Positions 30,964-43,010 of a stretch of DNA of 64,000 nt are shown one piece after another; the first letter of the stretch is position 1; every line of letters starts with the position of its first letter. The position numbers and the translations under genes are program-made. The stretch covers positions 100,709-164,708 of the forward strand of contig NIVC01000453.1 in the NCBI GenBank assembly GCA_002269645.1, given 5' to 3'. This DNA is from Macrostomum lignano. Lineage: Eukaryota. The notes beneath the pieces were generated by a model. It was not told where the DNA came from and made no database searches. It worked only from the letters and a program-made list of their open reading frames with translations.

Positions 30964-33757
30964 CTAGGGCAGGCAAACTCCAGCCCGCAGGCCAGATCTA
31001 GCCTATGAGGCTCTATTTTCTGGCTTGCCACATAGCTTATCATTTGCATTAAAATCTGGCCTATATAAGCCTAGCATTAGAATTTCTAGATTCTAAGGCT
31101 CTACTAAGGAGTCTAGACTTTAATAAGCAAACAAAGACTAAGCTATTCCTTTCTTACTTTATAGGATATTGTCAGATTCTAAGATTCAAAGATATGGGGT
31201 GCCTAAACTTAAGCTCAATTTTGGCTGCCTGTCCCTTTGGGCACAATGTGCATATCCATAAGTTTTCTTCCCCTTTCTAGTAGACTTCCTATCAAGCCTT
31301 AGACATTGTTATATTATCCAGAAAAAAAAGTGTTGGTTTGGCCCCTGCACTGTTTAGTAGGCTATAGCCTACTGTTGGTAGACCACCTCCTCCTAAATCT
31401 GCTTATTTATGTGCCTAGTAACTAAAATTTTCTCCTTAAATAAAATATTCCCTTCAGTGTCACAGTGTGCCTTTTATCTATCTAATAATGTCTACTACAC
31501 CTCAACCTGTGAAAAAAAGAGAAAAGTAGATCTCAAGTGTTGGGCCTTTAAAGCTGATTGGTAGGAGAAGTATTTTGTTGAGCACTTCGGCTAGGCGCAA
31601 TGTCTTATCTGCTTTAAGATTGTGGCTATCCTTAAAGAATTCAATGTGCATTGCCACTAGGAAACTAATCACCAAACATCAGCCTATGCTTCAATGCCTG
31701 CTGATAAGAAGAAAGCAAAGCTGTCTGGCAACCTACAGATGACTTTGCTTTTCCACAAGCAGACCATTAAGGCAACAAGGTGACTTGTGCAAGTTACGAG
31801 GTCTCTCATCTACTAGCTTGCCAGATGAAGCCTTTCTTAGATGGGGACTTCATTTCATCAAGGAGTGCCTTGTAGCTATGATGAACTCTGTCTATCTAGA
31901 AAAGCATTCTGCTTTTGAGAGCATGAGCCTCTCATCCTGTACTGTTTGACGGCGCATTGAGGAAATGTTAGACAATATGTAGGACTTGCTAAAGACCTGC
32001 TGCTCTGATCTAGTTGCATTCTCCCTAGCTCTTAAGAGAGCACTGACATGAAGGATACAGCCCAGCTAGCCATTTTTATCCAAGGAGTCACTACTAACCT
32101 TAAGATTCATGAGGAGTTTCTACAGCTTGTCCCACTGCATGGTACCACCAATAGCAAGGACATATTTGATGCTATGCTTCAGTGTGTTGAATAGCACTCA
32201 CTTAATATTTCTTGCCTTATATATATGACGACCAATGGTGTCCTAGCTATAGTCCTTACCATGCTAGGTGCACGCTTGAACAAAAATCAATAGTTATAAA
32301 TGCATGCCAAAAAAATTAAGTGCATGCCTATTCTTAAAACTCTGCTGGTATTGTGACAATAAATGACCTTTTTTACCTTATGACAATAAATGACCTTTTT
32401 TATTGTGTAGTATACCTGTTTTTGACAGATAATTTGGTTAATTTTTTTGCTTTTTCAGCAATACTATTTACAATAAAAAATTGATATATATAGATTTGTT
32501 TAAATGCCTTATTGCAAGCTTAAAAACTTAGAAAGCAAAAAAATTATGCTTAAAAATGAATTTTTTTCACCTTTTTTTCTATTTTACAATAACTCTTCTG
32601 CATGATTCTATAAAGTGCACATTGTGGCGGCCCAATCAGCATACAGCCAGTGATTGCGAGTACATTTGCACTGAAACCCCCTGCCCACCAGGCTAGGGGG
32701 TGGGTGTACTCAGACTCAGTATGCTAAGTCGGGGGGGGGGGGTTGGTCTTCCATCGTGCCACCTTTTTGGCGCACCTCCTCATGTGATCCCATGCTTATT
32801 TATACTTACTGCGTGAGGAAATAAACTTTTACCTTTCTTGCTTGCAACTTACTTTGTTTTCGCAAGCTGCTAAAATGTTATGTATATTTTCTTAGGAGTA
32901 ATGTATGCCAACTATAAATGCCTACTTTTGTATGCAACGCCAATGCACGCCTGAATTTTTAGCATATACTACATGATCTGGAATGTGGTGTCTTAACAAT
33001 GACTTGAAAGAAGAAGGGCACCATATCAATAGTATCACTACTAATGCATTACTATGACTATGAGACTTCTAGGAATCTGGCTATACCCAGCCAATACAAA
33101 AAATGCATTGCATTATTTATCAGGAGGCCCTAGGTACCAAGTCTGCCAAACTTGCTGATATCATGTTGATTGTGGTAAAATTTGTCAATTCTATCCTCTC
33201 TAGCAACCTCAACTATTGTCAGTTCCAGACTCTAGTGGACAAGATGAATGCGCAATATAGAGACCTACTTTACTTCTGCAAAGTCTGCTAGCTAAGCCGA
33301 GGGGCCATTTTTCTATTGCTAGGCCCTAGCCTAGTACTATTTTCCGTCATTAAATATCAATTGTATCATCTGTAGCAATGAACTAATAAATTTTTCATTA
33401 GCGCTGATATTATTGCCTACAATCTATATAATACTACATATTTTATTATAATTTTTAAATACATAATTTTTTAATGTCTTTTATACTTAAATTTCTCATC
33501 TATGTTAATTCAAGACTTTAGTTAGGCCTAGGCCTATATAAAGCATTATATATCTGCACATTCAATGATGTATTTTAATATTGTAATCAAACCTACAATT
33601 ACAAGCTTGATATGCAAATAAACTATCTACCTACCTACCTACCTACCTACCTACTTACCTATCTACCAAGAAAGTTGCCTCGTTATTGAGCTCTGGCCCG
33701 CGGCTGTTCAATGAAAGTATTATTTGGCCCACTCTCTAAAAAGTTTGCCCGCCCCAG
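30964..33757 (+). mobile_element. Degenerate hAT Charlie/Buster (GTF2IRD2-like transposase) DNA transposon
   Basis: 16-bp TIRs CTAGGGCAGGCAAACT / rc CTGGGGCGGGCAAACT. 8-bp TSD CC(T/C)TAGTT with central TA. Transposase relics include MKPFLDGD, FSLAL.ESTDMKDTAQLAIFIQGV...HEEFLQLVPLHGTT..KDIF and HCIIYQEAL...VVKFVNSI...LNYCQFQ...Y.DLLY...LSRG, with many stops and frameshifts. Confidence 0.88.
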
Positions 33758-35209
33758 CCCTAGTTACTAGTTGTGGTTGAAAAGATGGTAGCTTTCAGAT
33801 AGCAATGTAAAAAATAAAGTTAGATAAGGCATGGCGTAGTAGTAGAAGAAATATAATGAGACAGGCAATGAACATACGATATTTGCCATAACTTCTGTAA
33901 GCCTAGTCTCGTTTTTTGGCCAGGCCGTTTTCTAGCAGCTTCCTTCATACTGTGGTAGGGCGAAGCTACCACTGTGTTGAATGACTCAATCAATGTAACC
34001 CACGGTTGGCCCCTTTCCCGTCATCTGCTGCCCCATCCCCTGCCCCATCCTTCGCCCCATCGTCTGGCATTAATAATTTTTTTGTTTTTATTTGCATGCG
34101 TTTTCTGTTTCCGTGGTTCCGTCCGCTGCCCAATCCTTTGCCCCATCCTTCTGCCCCATCCCTTGCCCCTTGCCTTTTCTGCCCCATCCGCCGCAGGAAT
34201 TCCCGGTTTTTAATATTTATGTGGCCGGTTTGGGCCGCAAACTTGTTTATGCGCTTGCTCTTGCTCGCTCTCCTTTTCCTTCTCCTTCTCCTTTGTTTGC
34301 TTGTTTGTTTAGTTAGTTTAAGTCCAGTGTTTAGTTCCTAATACTTTTCCTTATTCTAAGTTTAAGGAGTTAATTTGCTTAAACTTTAGAAGCCTAACCA
34401 GTTACTCTTATTCCGCACCCGGCATCGCTGCGGCAACTCTCGTTCGTTAGCAATAAAATTGTCGGCAAAAAATCTAATACTTAACAAACATAACGCCTGT
34501 TTTACAAATAAGTTCATTAATTAATCGAAGCCCTTAGTAGTTTATCTTGAGTTATTTGCCCAGGGGCGTTAAACAATTGAATTAATCTCAACTCTGAACG
34601 AGCTCTGAGATCTCAACCTTCCGTAATACGAAATCACGGTGGTGGCAGCGCTACACTACTGAAAGAAGTCAGTTAAGCAAATCAGCTAACAGTGAAATTA
34701 CGGTGTCAAGACCAATTGAGTCTACAATCTGAACGACCGTGCCTGCTCAAGACCGCTCGACTACGATTACGACTACCCTCCCCCCCCCGGAATTGAGAAC
34801 ACGGCAGACGGAGTATTCCAGGAGAAAAGCGATTCGAATCATTCAGTGAAATTTTCCGGCTTTGCGAGTGCCGAGATTACGAAGGCGGAATTCAAAAGTT
34901 AGAACTACCCATTTTCCGGTGTCAGCTAACGACAGACCGATTTCAAATTATCAATTCTTTTCTCCGCCCTACCTCAATACACATCCTTTCCACGAAAATG
35001 GCTTAATTTTAAAGGAAGTATAACAAACCAATAAAGATAAAAATGTTGATTTTAGAAAATTGAAAGTTAGTCTCCTGAAAAAAACTTTAAATAATGCTTT
35101 TAATACTTATTTCAAGCTATTTTTGGAATAGTGCTTTTTCGACCTTTCATAGAAGCAGCCAGCTCAGCCCATCAGCTGAGCCCGCGCATGGAGCATTGAG
35201 TCTGTTAAA

Positions 35210-35995
35210 TAGGTTCCTGGACACTTCGTCATCTTACAACTTTCTCATCTTGATGACGAAGTGACCATGGATTTTGGACGTTTCGTCATATCAAAAAATA
35301 GTAAGTAAATCTAGATGACGAAGTGACCAAATTTTGAGGACACTTCGTCATCCCAAGATTTCGCAAGGCTGTAAGTGTAAGTTGTTATTCGATTGTTATA
35401 TTGTTATAAATTGTTACTCGGTCAATTTAGTCTGTAACAAGCATACGTACAAACCTTAGAGATTTAGTATATTTTTAAGTATTAGGTTTAGGATTAAATA
35501 CACACTTAGAAATTCAACTTGTCACTATAATTGGCATCCACTCTATCGCCGCGCTGGCCTGCCACGTCCAAGCGATCTACTGCGCCGTCGGCGACTCCAG
35601 CTCGCAGGCCATCTCATCCGCGCCGAGTCGTACTGCCCACAGCCGGTGCAGGAGATGCTGCTGCTCACGCTGCAGGCACCCTCTACCGGCGAGGTCAAGC
35701 GCGAACTCGGCGTTACGTCCTTTGTTCGCGCCCAAGCCATGAAATACTAGTGCTCGCCATTTAGTTCTTGGCCTTATTGTTAAAACACAATCAACACTTC
35801 AAAAATGAAGTGATGATAAGGCCTGGCCAACAGCATAGTGTTGCTGCTTAATTTTAAGCTTTTTCATAGACAAAGTGGATGACGAAGTGTCCTTGGAGTA
35901 GATGACGAAGTGTCCAGGGAATAGATGACGAAGTGTCCACATTAGTAGGCCTAATGTGGATGACGAAGTGGTAAGATGAAATGTCCAGGAACCTA
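35210..35995. mobile_element. Non-autonomous TIR element with subterminal GATGACGAAGTG(T/A)CC repeats
   Basis: TIRs TAGGTTCCTGGACA(C/T)TTC..CATCTTAC, flanked by TTAAA on both sides (a TAA TSD with a 1-bp longer TIR also fits). Inverted subterminal motifs at both ends. Confidence 0.8.
35541..35764 (+). mobile_element. Fragment of a non-LTR retrotransposon (RTE-like) ORF C-terminal region
   Basis: LYRRAGLPRPSDLLRRRRLQLAGHLIRAESYCPQPVQEMLLLTLQAP, then a frameshift to YRRGQARTRRY. This matches the 'RRLRWAGHV.R...RRRGRP' post-RT motif of RTE-type LINEs. Confidence 0.65.
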
Positions 35996-36632
35996 TTAAA
36001 TAGACTTGCCATGATTTTTACTGCATAGTTTTTTTACATGTAGTTTCATGTTTATAATCCATCTATCTCAAAGTTAAAGTCAAACATTTATTGTTGCCAT
36101 TGCTAGGCCTGGCCCAGTAGGTAGGCCTAGGACTTCTCATTCTACCATTCTCCCCTTGTCCCATTAGTAATGGTATTAATTGCTTGATTTAGCTATTAAC
36201 TAAATACAAATACTGATAGTGATAATTGTGATAGTTCATAGTTGTAATAGTGATAATTAGTGATAATAATGATAATGATAATTGATTACTATGTACATGA
36301 TTGGTTACATAGCAAACAATTTATTTTAGTTTGTTTAGGCCTACAACTGTAATTTCATAGGGGCCTAATATATTTCACTTGTATCTTTGATTATAGTCTT
36401 TCTATCCCTTATTTTTGTTTAAAAAACTAGGCCTAGGTACTGTTTATTTTTAGAGAAATGTTGCTATTTGCACTAAATTTTTTTACTGTTTTACTACTAG
36501 CTATTATTTCCATTCCATTAGATAGGCTAGGCCTACAAACAACAGACAAACCATCTATGGATCTACCTTAATAAGTTTATATGAACCTTTGGTAGCCAAA
36601 TTGATTGTAGTTGATAGATAAAAAGACCCATA

Positions 36633-36865
36633 TCCTATATACTAAAAATGAGTTGTTTGTTTGTACGCAATCGATCAGAGAAAAAATGGCTGGACCGATT
36701 TTCTTCGAACTTGCACTGTTCGATCAGAAATTTTCCTGGGACGGTACATGCATCTTGGCTAAGAAATTGCTCCATGTTAAAGCGATTAAATATTCGAAAA
36801 ACATGTTTTTTTGCAAAGGTCAAGCAAACTTTTCGACTTGAAATGCATTGTAAGAATGCTAGAGA
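36633..36865 (+). mobile_element. Possible non-autonomous Helitron-like element 5' part
   Basis: Begins TCCTATATACTAAAAATGAGTTGTTTGTTTGTACG...AAAATGGCTGGACCGATTTT, the typical 5' layout of invertebrate non-autonomous Helitrons. The 3' hairpin/CTAG end is not clearly defined. Confidence 0.4.
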
Positions 36866-37244
36866 AAAAACTGACTGGTTGAATTCTGATTCTGAAATAG
36901 ATTACATCATAACTGAATTGTAACTCCGACTTGAATTGCGTCACAGTATTGAAAATGCAGTGTGGAAGCGTAGCACTGCAGACTTGATTTAGATTGCGCA
37001 ACAATATTGTTAACTGATACTGACTGACTGAGAAATTGATTATGTAATAACTGCCTCGTGTGATTTACTCTATGCTTGGAGTTTTGAAACTTATAATTAT
37101 AAGTGCTGAATTCATGTTATCAAAACGATGAGAGCTAGCCTAGAGGTAAACAGACTGAACTGCTAAATGCAAAAACGATGGTTCGAATTTTTAGAGAGTA
37201 GAGTTTTTTTAATTAAAGCTTTTTAACGCCAAGAAAACTAAAAA

Positions 37245-38990
37245 AATCATAAAAGCGTCATGTAAAAAATCATAGAAGCGTCATGTAAAAAATCGTAGAA
37301 GTGTCATGTAAAAAATCGTGGAAGCATCATGTAAAAAGCATAGAAGTGTCATGTAAAAAATCATAGAAGCGTCATGTAAACAATCATAGAAGCGTCATGT
37401 AAACAATCATAGAAGCGTCATGTAAACAATCATAGAAGCTTCATGTAAAAATCGTAGAAGCGTCATGAAAAAATCATTAAAGCGTCATGTAAAAATCATA
37501 GAAGAGTCATGTAAAAAATCATAGAAGCATCGTGTAAACAATCATAGCAGCGTCATGTAAAAAATCGTAAGAGCGTAATATAAAAATCATAAAAGCGTCA
37601 TTTAAAAAATCATAGAGGCCTCATATAAAAATCAAAAAAACGTCATTTAAAAAATCATAGAAGCGTCATGTAAACAATCATAGAAGCGTCATGTAAACAA
37701 TCATAGAAGCGTCATGTAAAAAATCATAGAAGCGTCATGTAAAAAATCATAGAAGCGTCATGTAAACAATCATAAAAGAGTCATGTAAAAAATCATAGAA
37801 GCGTCATGTAAAAAGCATAGAAGCGTCATATAAACAATCATAGAAGCGTCATATAAAAAATCATAGAAGCGTCATGTAAAAATCATAGAAGCGTCATGTA
37901 AAAATCATAGAGGTGTCATGTAAAAATCATAGAGGTGTCATGTAAAAATCATTGAAGCGTCCTGCAGAAATCATAGAAGCGTCATGAAATAATCATAGAA
38001 GCGTCATGTAAAAAATCATAGAAGCGTCATGTAAAAAATCATAGAAGCGGCATGTAAAAAATCATAGAAGCATCGTGTAAACAATCATAGAAGCGTCATG
38101 TAAAAAATCATAGAAGCGTCATGTAAAAAATCATAGAAGCGTCATATAAACAATCATAGAAGCGTCATGTAAACAATCATAGAAGCGTCATGTAAAAATC
38201 ATAGAAGCGTCATGTAAAAAATCATAGAAGCGTCGTGTAAACAATCATAGAAGCGTCATGTAAACAATCATAGAAGCGTCATGTAAACAATCATAGAAGC
38301 GTCATATAAACAATCATAGAAGCGCCATGTAAACAATCATAGAAGCGTCATGAAATAATCATAGAAGCGTCATGTAAAAAATCATAGAAGCGTCATGTAA
38401 AAAATCATAGAAGCGTCATGTAAAAAATCATAGAAGCATCGTGTAAACAATTATAGAAGCGTCATATAAACAATCATAGAAGCGTCATGTAAACAATCAT
38501 AGAAGCGCCATGTAAACAATCATAAAAGCGTCATGTAAACAATCATAGAAGCGTCATATAAAAATCATAGAAGCGTCATTTAAAAAATCATAGAAGCGTC
38601 ATGTAAAAAATCGTAAGAGTGTAATATAAAAATCATAGAAGCGTCATTTAAAAAATCATAGAAGCGTCATGTAAACAATCATAGAAGCGTCATGTAAACA
38701 ATCATAGAAGCGTCATGTTAAAAATCATAGAAGCGTCATGTAAAAAATCATAGAAGCGTCATGTAAACAATCATAGAAGCGTCATTTTAAAATCATAGAA
38801 GCGTCATGTTAAAAATCATATAAGCGTCATGTAAACAATCATCGAAGCGTCATCTAAAAATCATAGAAGCGTCATGTAAAAAATCATAGAATTGTCATGA
38901 AAAAATCATAGAAGCGTCATTTAAAAACTAATGAAAGTGTCATTTAAAAAATTAAGAAGCATCATAGTAGAATAAAAGAAGCGTCATGTC
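37245..38990. repeat. 22-23-bp satellite AATCATAGAAGCGTCATGTAAA(A/C)
   Basis: About 75 moderately diverged copies. Confidence 0.95.
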
Positions 38991-40599
38991 AGACATGAAA
39001 GGTGTCATGGAAAAATTAAATGCAGCTATAATGCTGTGCTTGGGAGAAAAACTGAGACGTCAAGGCTCTCAGAGAATAACTGAGATTACGGGGGGGGGGG
39101 GTTTCTGAGATGTCAAAGCAAAAGTCAGAAGCTAATTCAAAGTTCATGTACTTTACTCAATTTTTTTTATTGCATTCTTTGTTGGCTCGCCACGGGAGGC
39201 GCTGATAGAAGAAGAGTCATGTAAAAAATAAAAGTAGCACTATGTATACATAAAAGAAAAGTCATGTCGAAGTTAAAAGATTCATTTGGGAATTGCTACG
39301 ATGTCAAAGCTAGGTGGAAATCGTTATAGTGCTGTGATTCTTAAAGAAGGAATCACTAAAATGTCAAGGCTTAGGGGAGAAGAATTGCTGAGATTTCAAG
39401 GCTTTATGTTGGGTTAAAGTTAGGTTTAGGTCAGGTGTGGGTTGAGGGTTATATTTTATCGAGTTTCAAGGTTAGCAGGGGATTTTTCAGATTTCAAGGT
39501 TTATGGGCGCCATCGCTGACATGTTAAGGCTTACGGGGGGAATAGCTAAGATGTCAAGGCTCACGGGGGTATAAATGAGATTTCAAGGCTAAAGTCAGAA
39601 GCTACATGTAGTTTATTGAAAACTTTTTATTACATTATTTGATGCCTCCTCAGGGGAGGGATCGCTGATTAAAAAAGCGTAATGTAAAAAATAAAAGAAT
39701 CTTCATGTCGAAGTTAAGATATTCATTTGGGAATCCCTACGATGTCGAGGCTTGCAGGGAATCGCTATAATGCTGTAGTAGTGCTATAATGACTCTTAAA
39801 GAGAATTACTGAAATTTCAATGCTTTAGGGTTAGGTTAGGGTTAGGGTTAGAAGGTTGACAGATATTTTTAGATTTCCAAGGCTTATTGGGGGCATGGCT
39901 GAGATGTCAAGGGGGGAAGTTGATATGTTAAAGCTTGTGGGGGGGAATTACTGACATGTCAAGGCTCACAAGGTTTGATAGGAGATTTTTTAAGATTTCA
40001 AGGATACATGTAGCTTATTAAAAAAACGTGTATTGCATTTCTTTGGCTCCCCAACGGGGGGCGTAGATTGCTAGTCTAATCTAATAATCAATATGTGAGA
40101 AAAAAGAAAATGATTCTTAAAAAAATTATTTCTCATTTCCAGTTTAATGTGTATTATTATTTTTTATTATAAGGTGCTCAAAATGATGCAAGCAATGTTC
40201 AGAGTAAAACAAATTTGTACCAGGTATGAATCTAATGCTTGCAAGTGCAAATGCCCAAAATTTATAATAAAAGTTCAAATTATTGTGCCTTTGAAAACAT
40301 TTTGGATGTTCAAGTAAAGAAGTAGGCCTATAAGCAGATTCCTAGTCTAGAAAAGAAGCTGGTTAAGAAAGAAAATGAGATAGAGGCATACATTCCCAAT
40401 ACCCATCTGACCTTTCTAAACTGGATAGGTAAAATAGCTAGCCAAGGTAAGTCACAAAATCAAAAACAAAAAAACTAAAAATTGGGAGAAGAAGGAAAGG
40501 AAGGGAAAAAGAAAAGAAAAGAGAAAAAAAGAGAGGAGAAAAAGGAGAGAGAAAGAAAAAAAGAAAAAGTCAAGAAAAGTTATATACAAAGTGAAAATT

Positions 40600-41070
40600 A
40601 AGTCACAATTGGGGGAACTAAGTTGCAATTAGGAGAAACTAAGCTGCAATTAGGAGGAACTAAGTCGCAATTGGGAGGAACTAAGTTGCAATTGGGGAAA
40701 ACTAAGTCACAATTGGGAGAAACTAAGTAGCAATTGGGAAGAACTAAGTCGTAATTGGGAAGAACTAAGTCACAATCAGGAAGAAATAAGTTGCAATCAG
40801 AAGGAACTAAGTTGCAATTGTGAGGAACTAAGTTGTAATTGGGAAGAACTAATTTGCAATCAAGAGGAACTAGCTTGTAAGTTGCAATCGCGAGGAACTA
40901 AGTCACAATCAGGAAGAAATAAGTCACAATCGGGACAAACTAAGTTGCAATTGGGAGGAACTAAGTCATAATTGGGAATAACTAATTTGCAATCAAGAGG
41001 AACTAGCTTGTAAGTCACAATTGGGAAGAGCTAAGTTGCAATTGGGAGGAACTAAGTTGCAATTGGGAGA
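40600..41070. repeat. 21-bp degenerate repeat GGAGGAACTAAGTTGCAATTG
   Basis: About 20 diverged copies. Confidence 0.88.
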
Positions 41071-41302
41071 TTTTTCTGCCTGTTATCTAGGTGTTGCAGT
41101 AGTATATTGAGGCATATGATGGCCAATTTTTGAAGGTATGATACATAGAAGGCTCCAATTTGTGTGCAGCACAATGGTATTAGAAGAAATTGTTTATTGC
41201 CCATGGTTTTAGCAAACTTGTAAGTCCAACTCAACTTCCTGTCATCACAGATGCTTTATCTGTTGTAATGCCCCATAGTCTTGCAAAAAAACTGTCATAA
41301 TA

Positions 41303-43010
41303 GGGATAGCGACGTTTGCCTGCGGGACGTTTGCCAGCCGACGTTTGCCTGCGGGACGTTTGCCAGCCGACATTTGCCAGCCGACGTTTGCCAGCCGACG
41401 TTTGTCAGTGGGACGTTTGCCAGTGGGACGTTTGCCAGCCGAAGTTTGCCTGCCGGACGTTTGCCAGCCGACGTTTGCCTGCGGGACGTTTGCCAGCCGA
41501 CATTTGCCAGCCGACGTTTGCCAGCCGACGTTTGCCAGCGGGATGTTTGCCAGCCGAAGTTTGCCTGCCGGACGTTTGCCTGCCGGACGTTTGCCTGCCG
41601 GACGTTTGCCAGCCGACGTTTTCCAGCCGACGTTTGCCTGCCGGAAGTTTGCCAGCCAAAATTTGCTAGCCAATATAAAGCCAGTCAGTGAAAAATTTGA
41701 TACTGAAATATTCGCAGTTTAGCGGTTTGACAAAAACCGTTTTTACTCCAACTTTTTGACGGTTATTCGCATATATACAAGTTTGAAAGCAAAATATATA
41801 AATTACGCAGTTTATCAGTCTAACGTCTAATATCTAGTTTAACAACGATTTTAGCACAACATATCAAAAGATGAACATTGGGTTTGCCTCGTATGAAAGC
41901 AATAACAATTGTTGTGCTGAAAAGATGAAAACTTCCTATCTCCCTATGGCCTTCAAAACATTTTTCATAGATTTCGAGTGCTGCGTACTTCTACTTTAGT
42001 AGTCCTTGGCATGACTAAGCTTTGCATACGTAGTGTCTAGCGCTTGCTATTCTACTAGCTTGCTACTGGCGGCTTGTCTGGCTATTCAGCTATATAGCTT
42101 ACTATAAAAACGTACCGCCTTCGACTCGTCTACACATGTACGTTGAGATCGCGGTTTCCTGGCTTACTTGAGTAGTAATACAACAGCATTGGAATCAATT
42201 TGCTTACTTTTAGATCTCCCAATGAACTGAGAAATATATGAGCCAGAATTACCGCTCAGCAGCTCTTTTTGTTTGCCTCATAACTTAATCGCTGGAGATT
42301 CCCGTTGTAATCTGCGCGTCTTCTTTCACACATCAAAAATCAAACATCTCAAACTGGGAAAAACGATACACAATTGTCAAAAGTAAACAATATTTTCACA
42401 TTCAAAGAAAATCGTTGTTAAACTGGATATTAGATGTAAATCTATATAAATTGCATAGTTTATATGGATTTTGCATAAATTGCATAATTTATAGATTTTG
42501 CTTTCAAACTTGTATATATGCGAATAACCGTCAAAAAGTTGGAGTAAAAATGTTTTTTGTCAAACCGCTAAACTGCGAATGTTTCAATATCAAATTTTTC
42601 ACTGACTGGCTTTATATTGGCTAGCAAATTTTGGCTGGCAAACTTCCGGCAGGCAAACGTCGGCTGGCAAACGTCGGCTGGCAAACGTCCGGCAGGCGCG
42701 GCTGGCAAACGTCGGCTGGCAAACGTCCGACTGGCAAATGTCCCGCTGGCAAACGTCGGCTGGCAAATGTCGGCTGGCAAATGTTGGCTGGCAAATGTCG
42801 GCTGGCAAATGTCGGCTGGCAAACGTCCGGCAGGCAAACGTCCGGCAGGCAAACGTCCGGCAGGCAAACGTCCGGCAGGCAAACTTCGGCTGGCAAACAT
42901 CCCGCTGGCAAACGTCGGCTGGCAAACGTCGGCTGGCAAATGTCGGCTGGCAAACGTCCCGCAGGCAAACGTCGGCTGGCAAACGTCCCGCAGGCAAACG
43001 TCGTAGACCC
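41303..43010. mobile_element. Foldback/Mutator-like element with ~550-600-bp modular TIRs
   Basis: Termini GGGATAGCGACG... / ...CGTCGTAGACCC and perfect 8-bp TSD TCATAATA (41295-41302 / 43011-43018). Each arm is an array of 15-bp GACGTTTGCCAGCC units plus ~230 bp of unique inverted sequence, around a ~500-bp spacer. Confidence 0.9.

Noticed and set aside
33994-34575. Possible solo LTR (TG...CA, internal AATAAA)
   Set aside because: I found no matching 4-6-bp TSD for any TG/CA pair tried, and no PBS/PPT or second copy.
39825-39851. TTAGGG run as a telomere or fusion site
   Set aside because: Only ~4 imperfect units embedded in a dispersed degenerate repeat.
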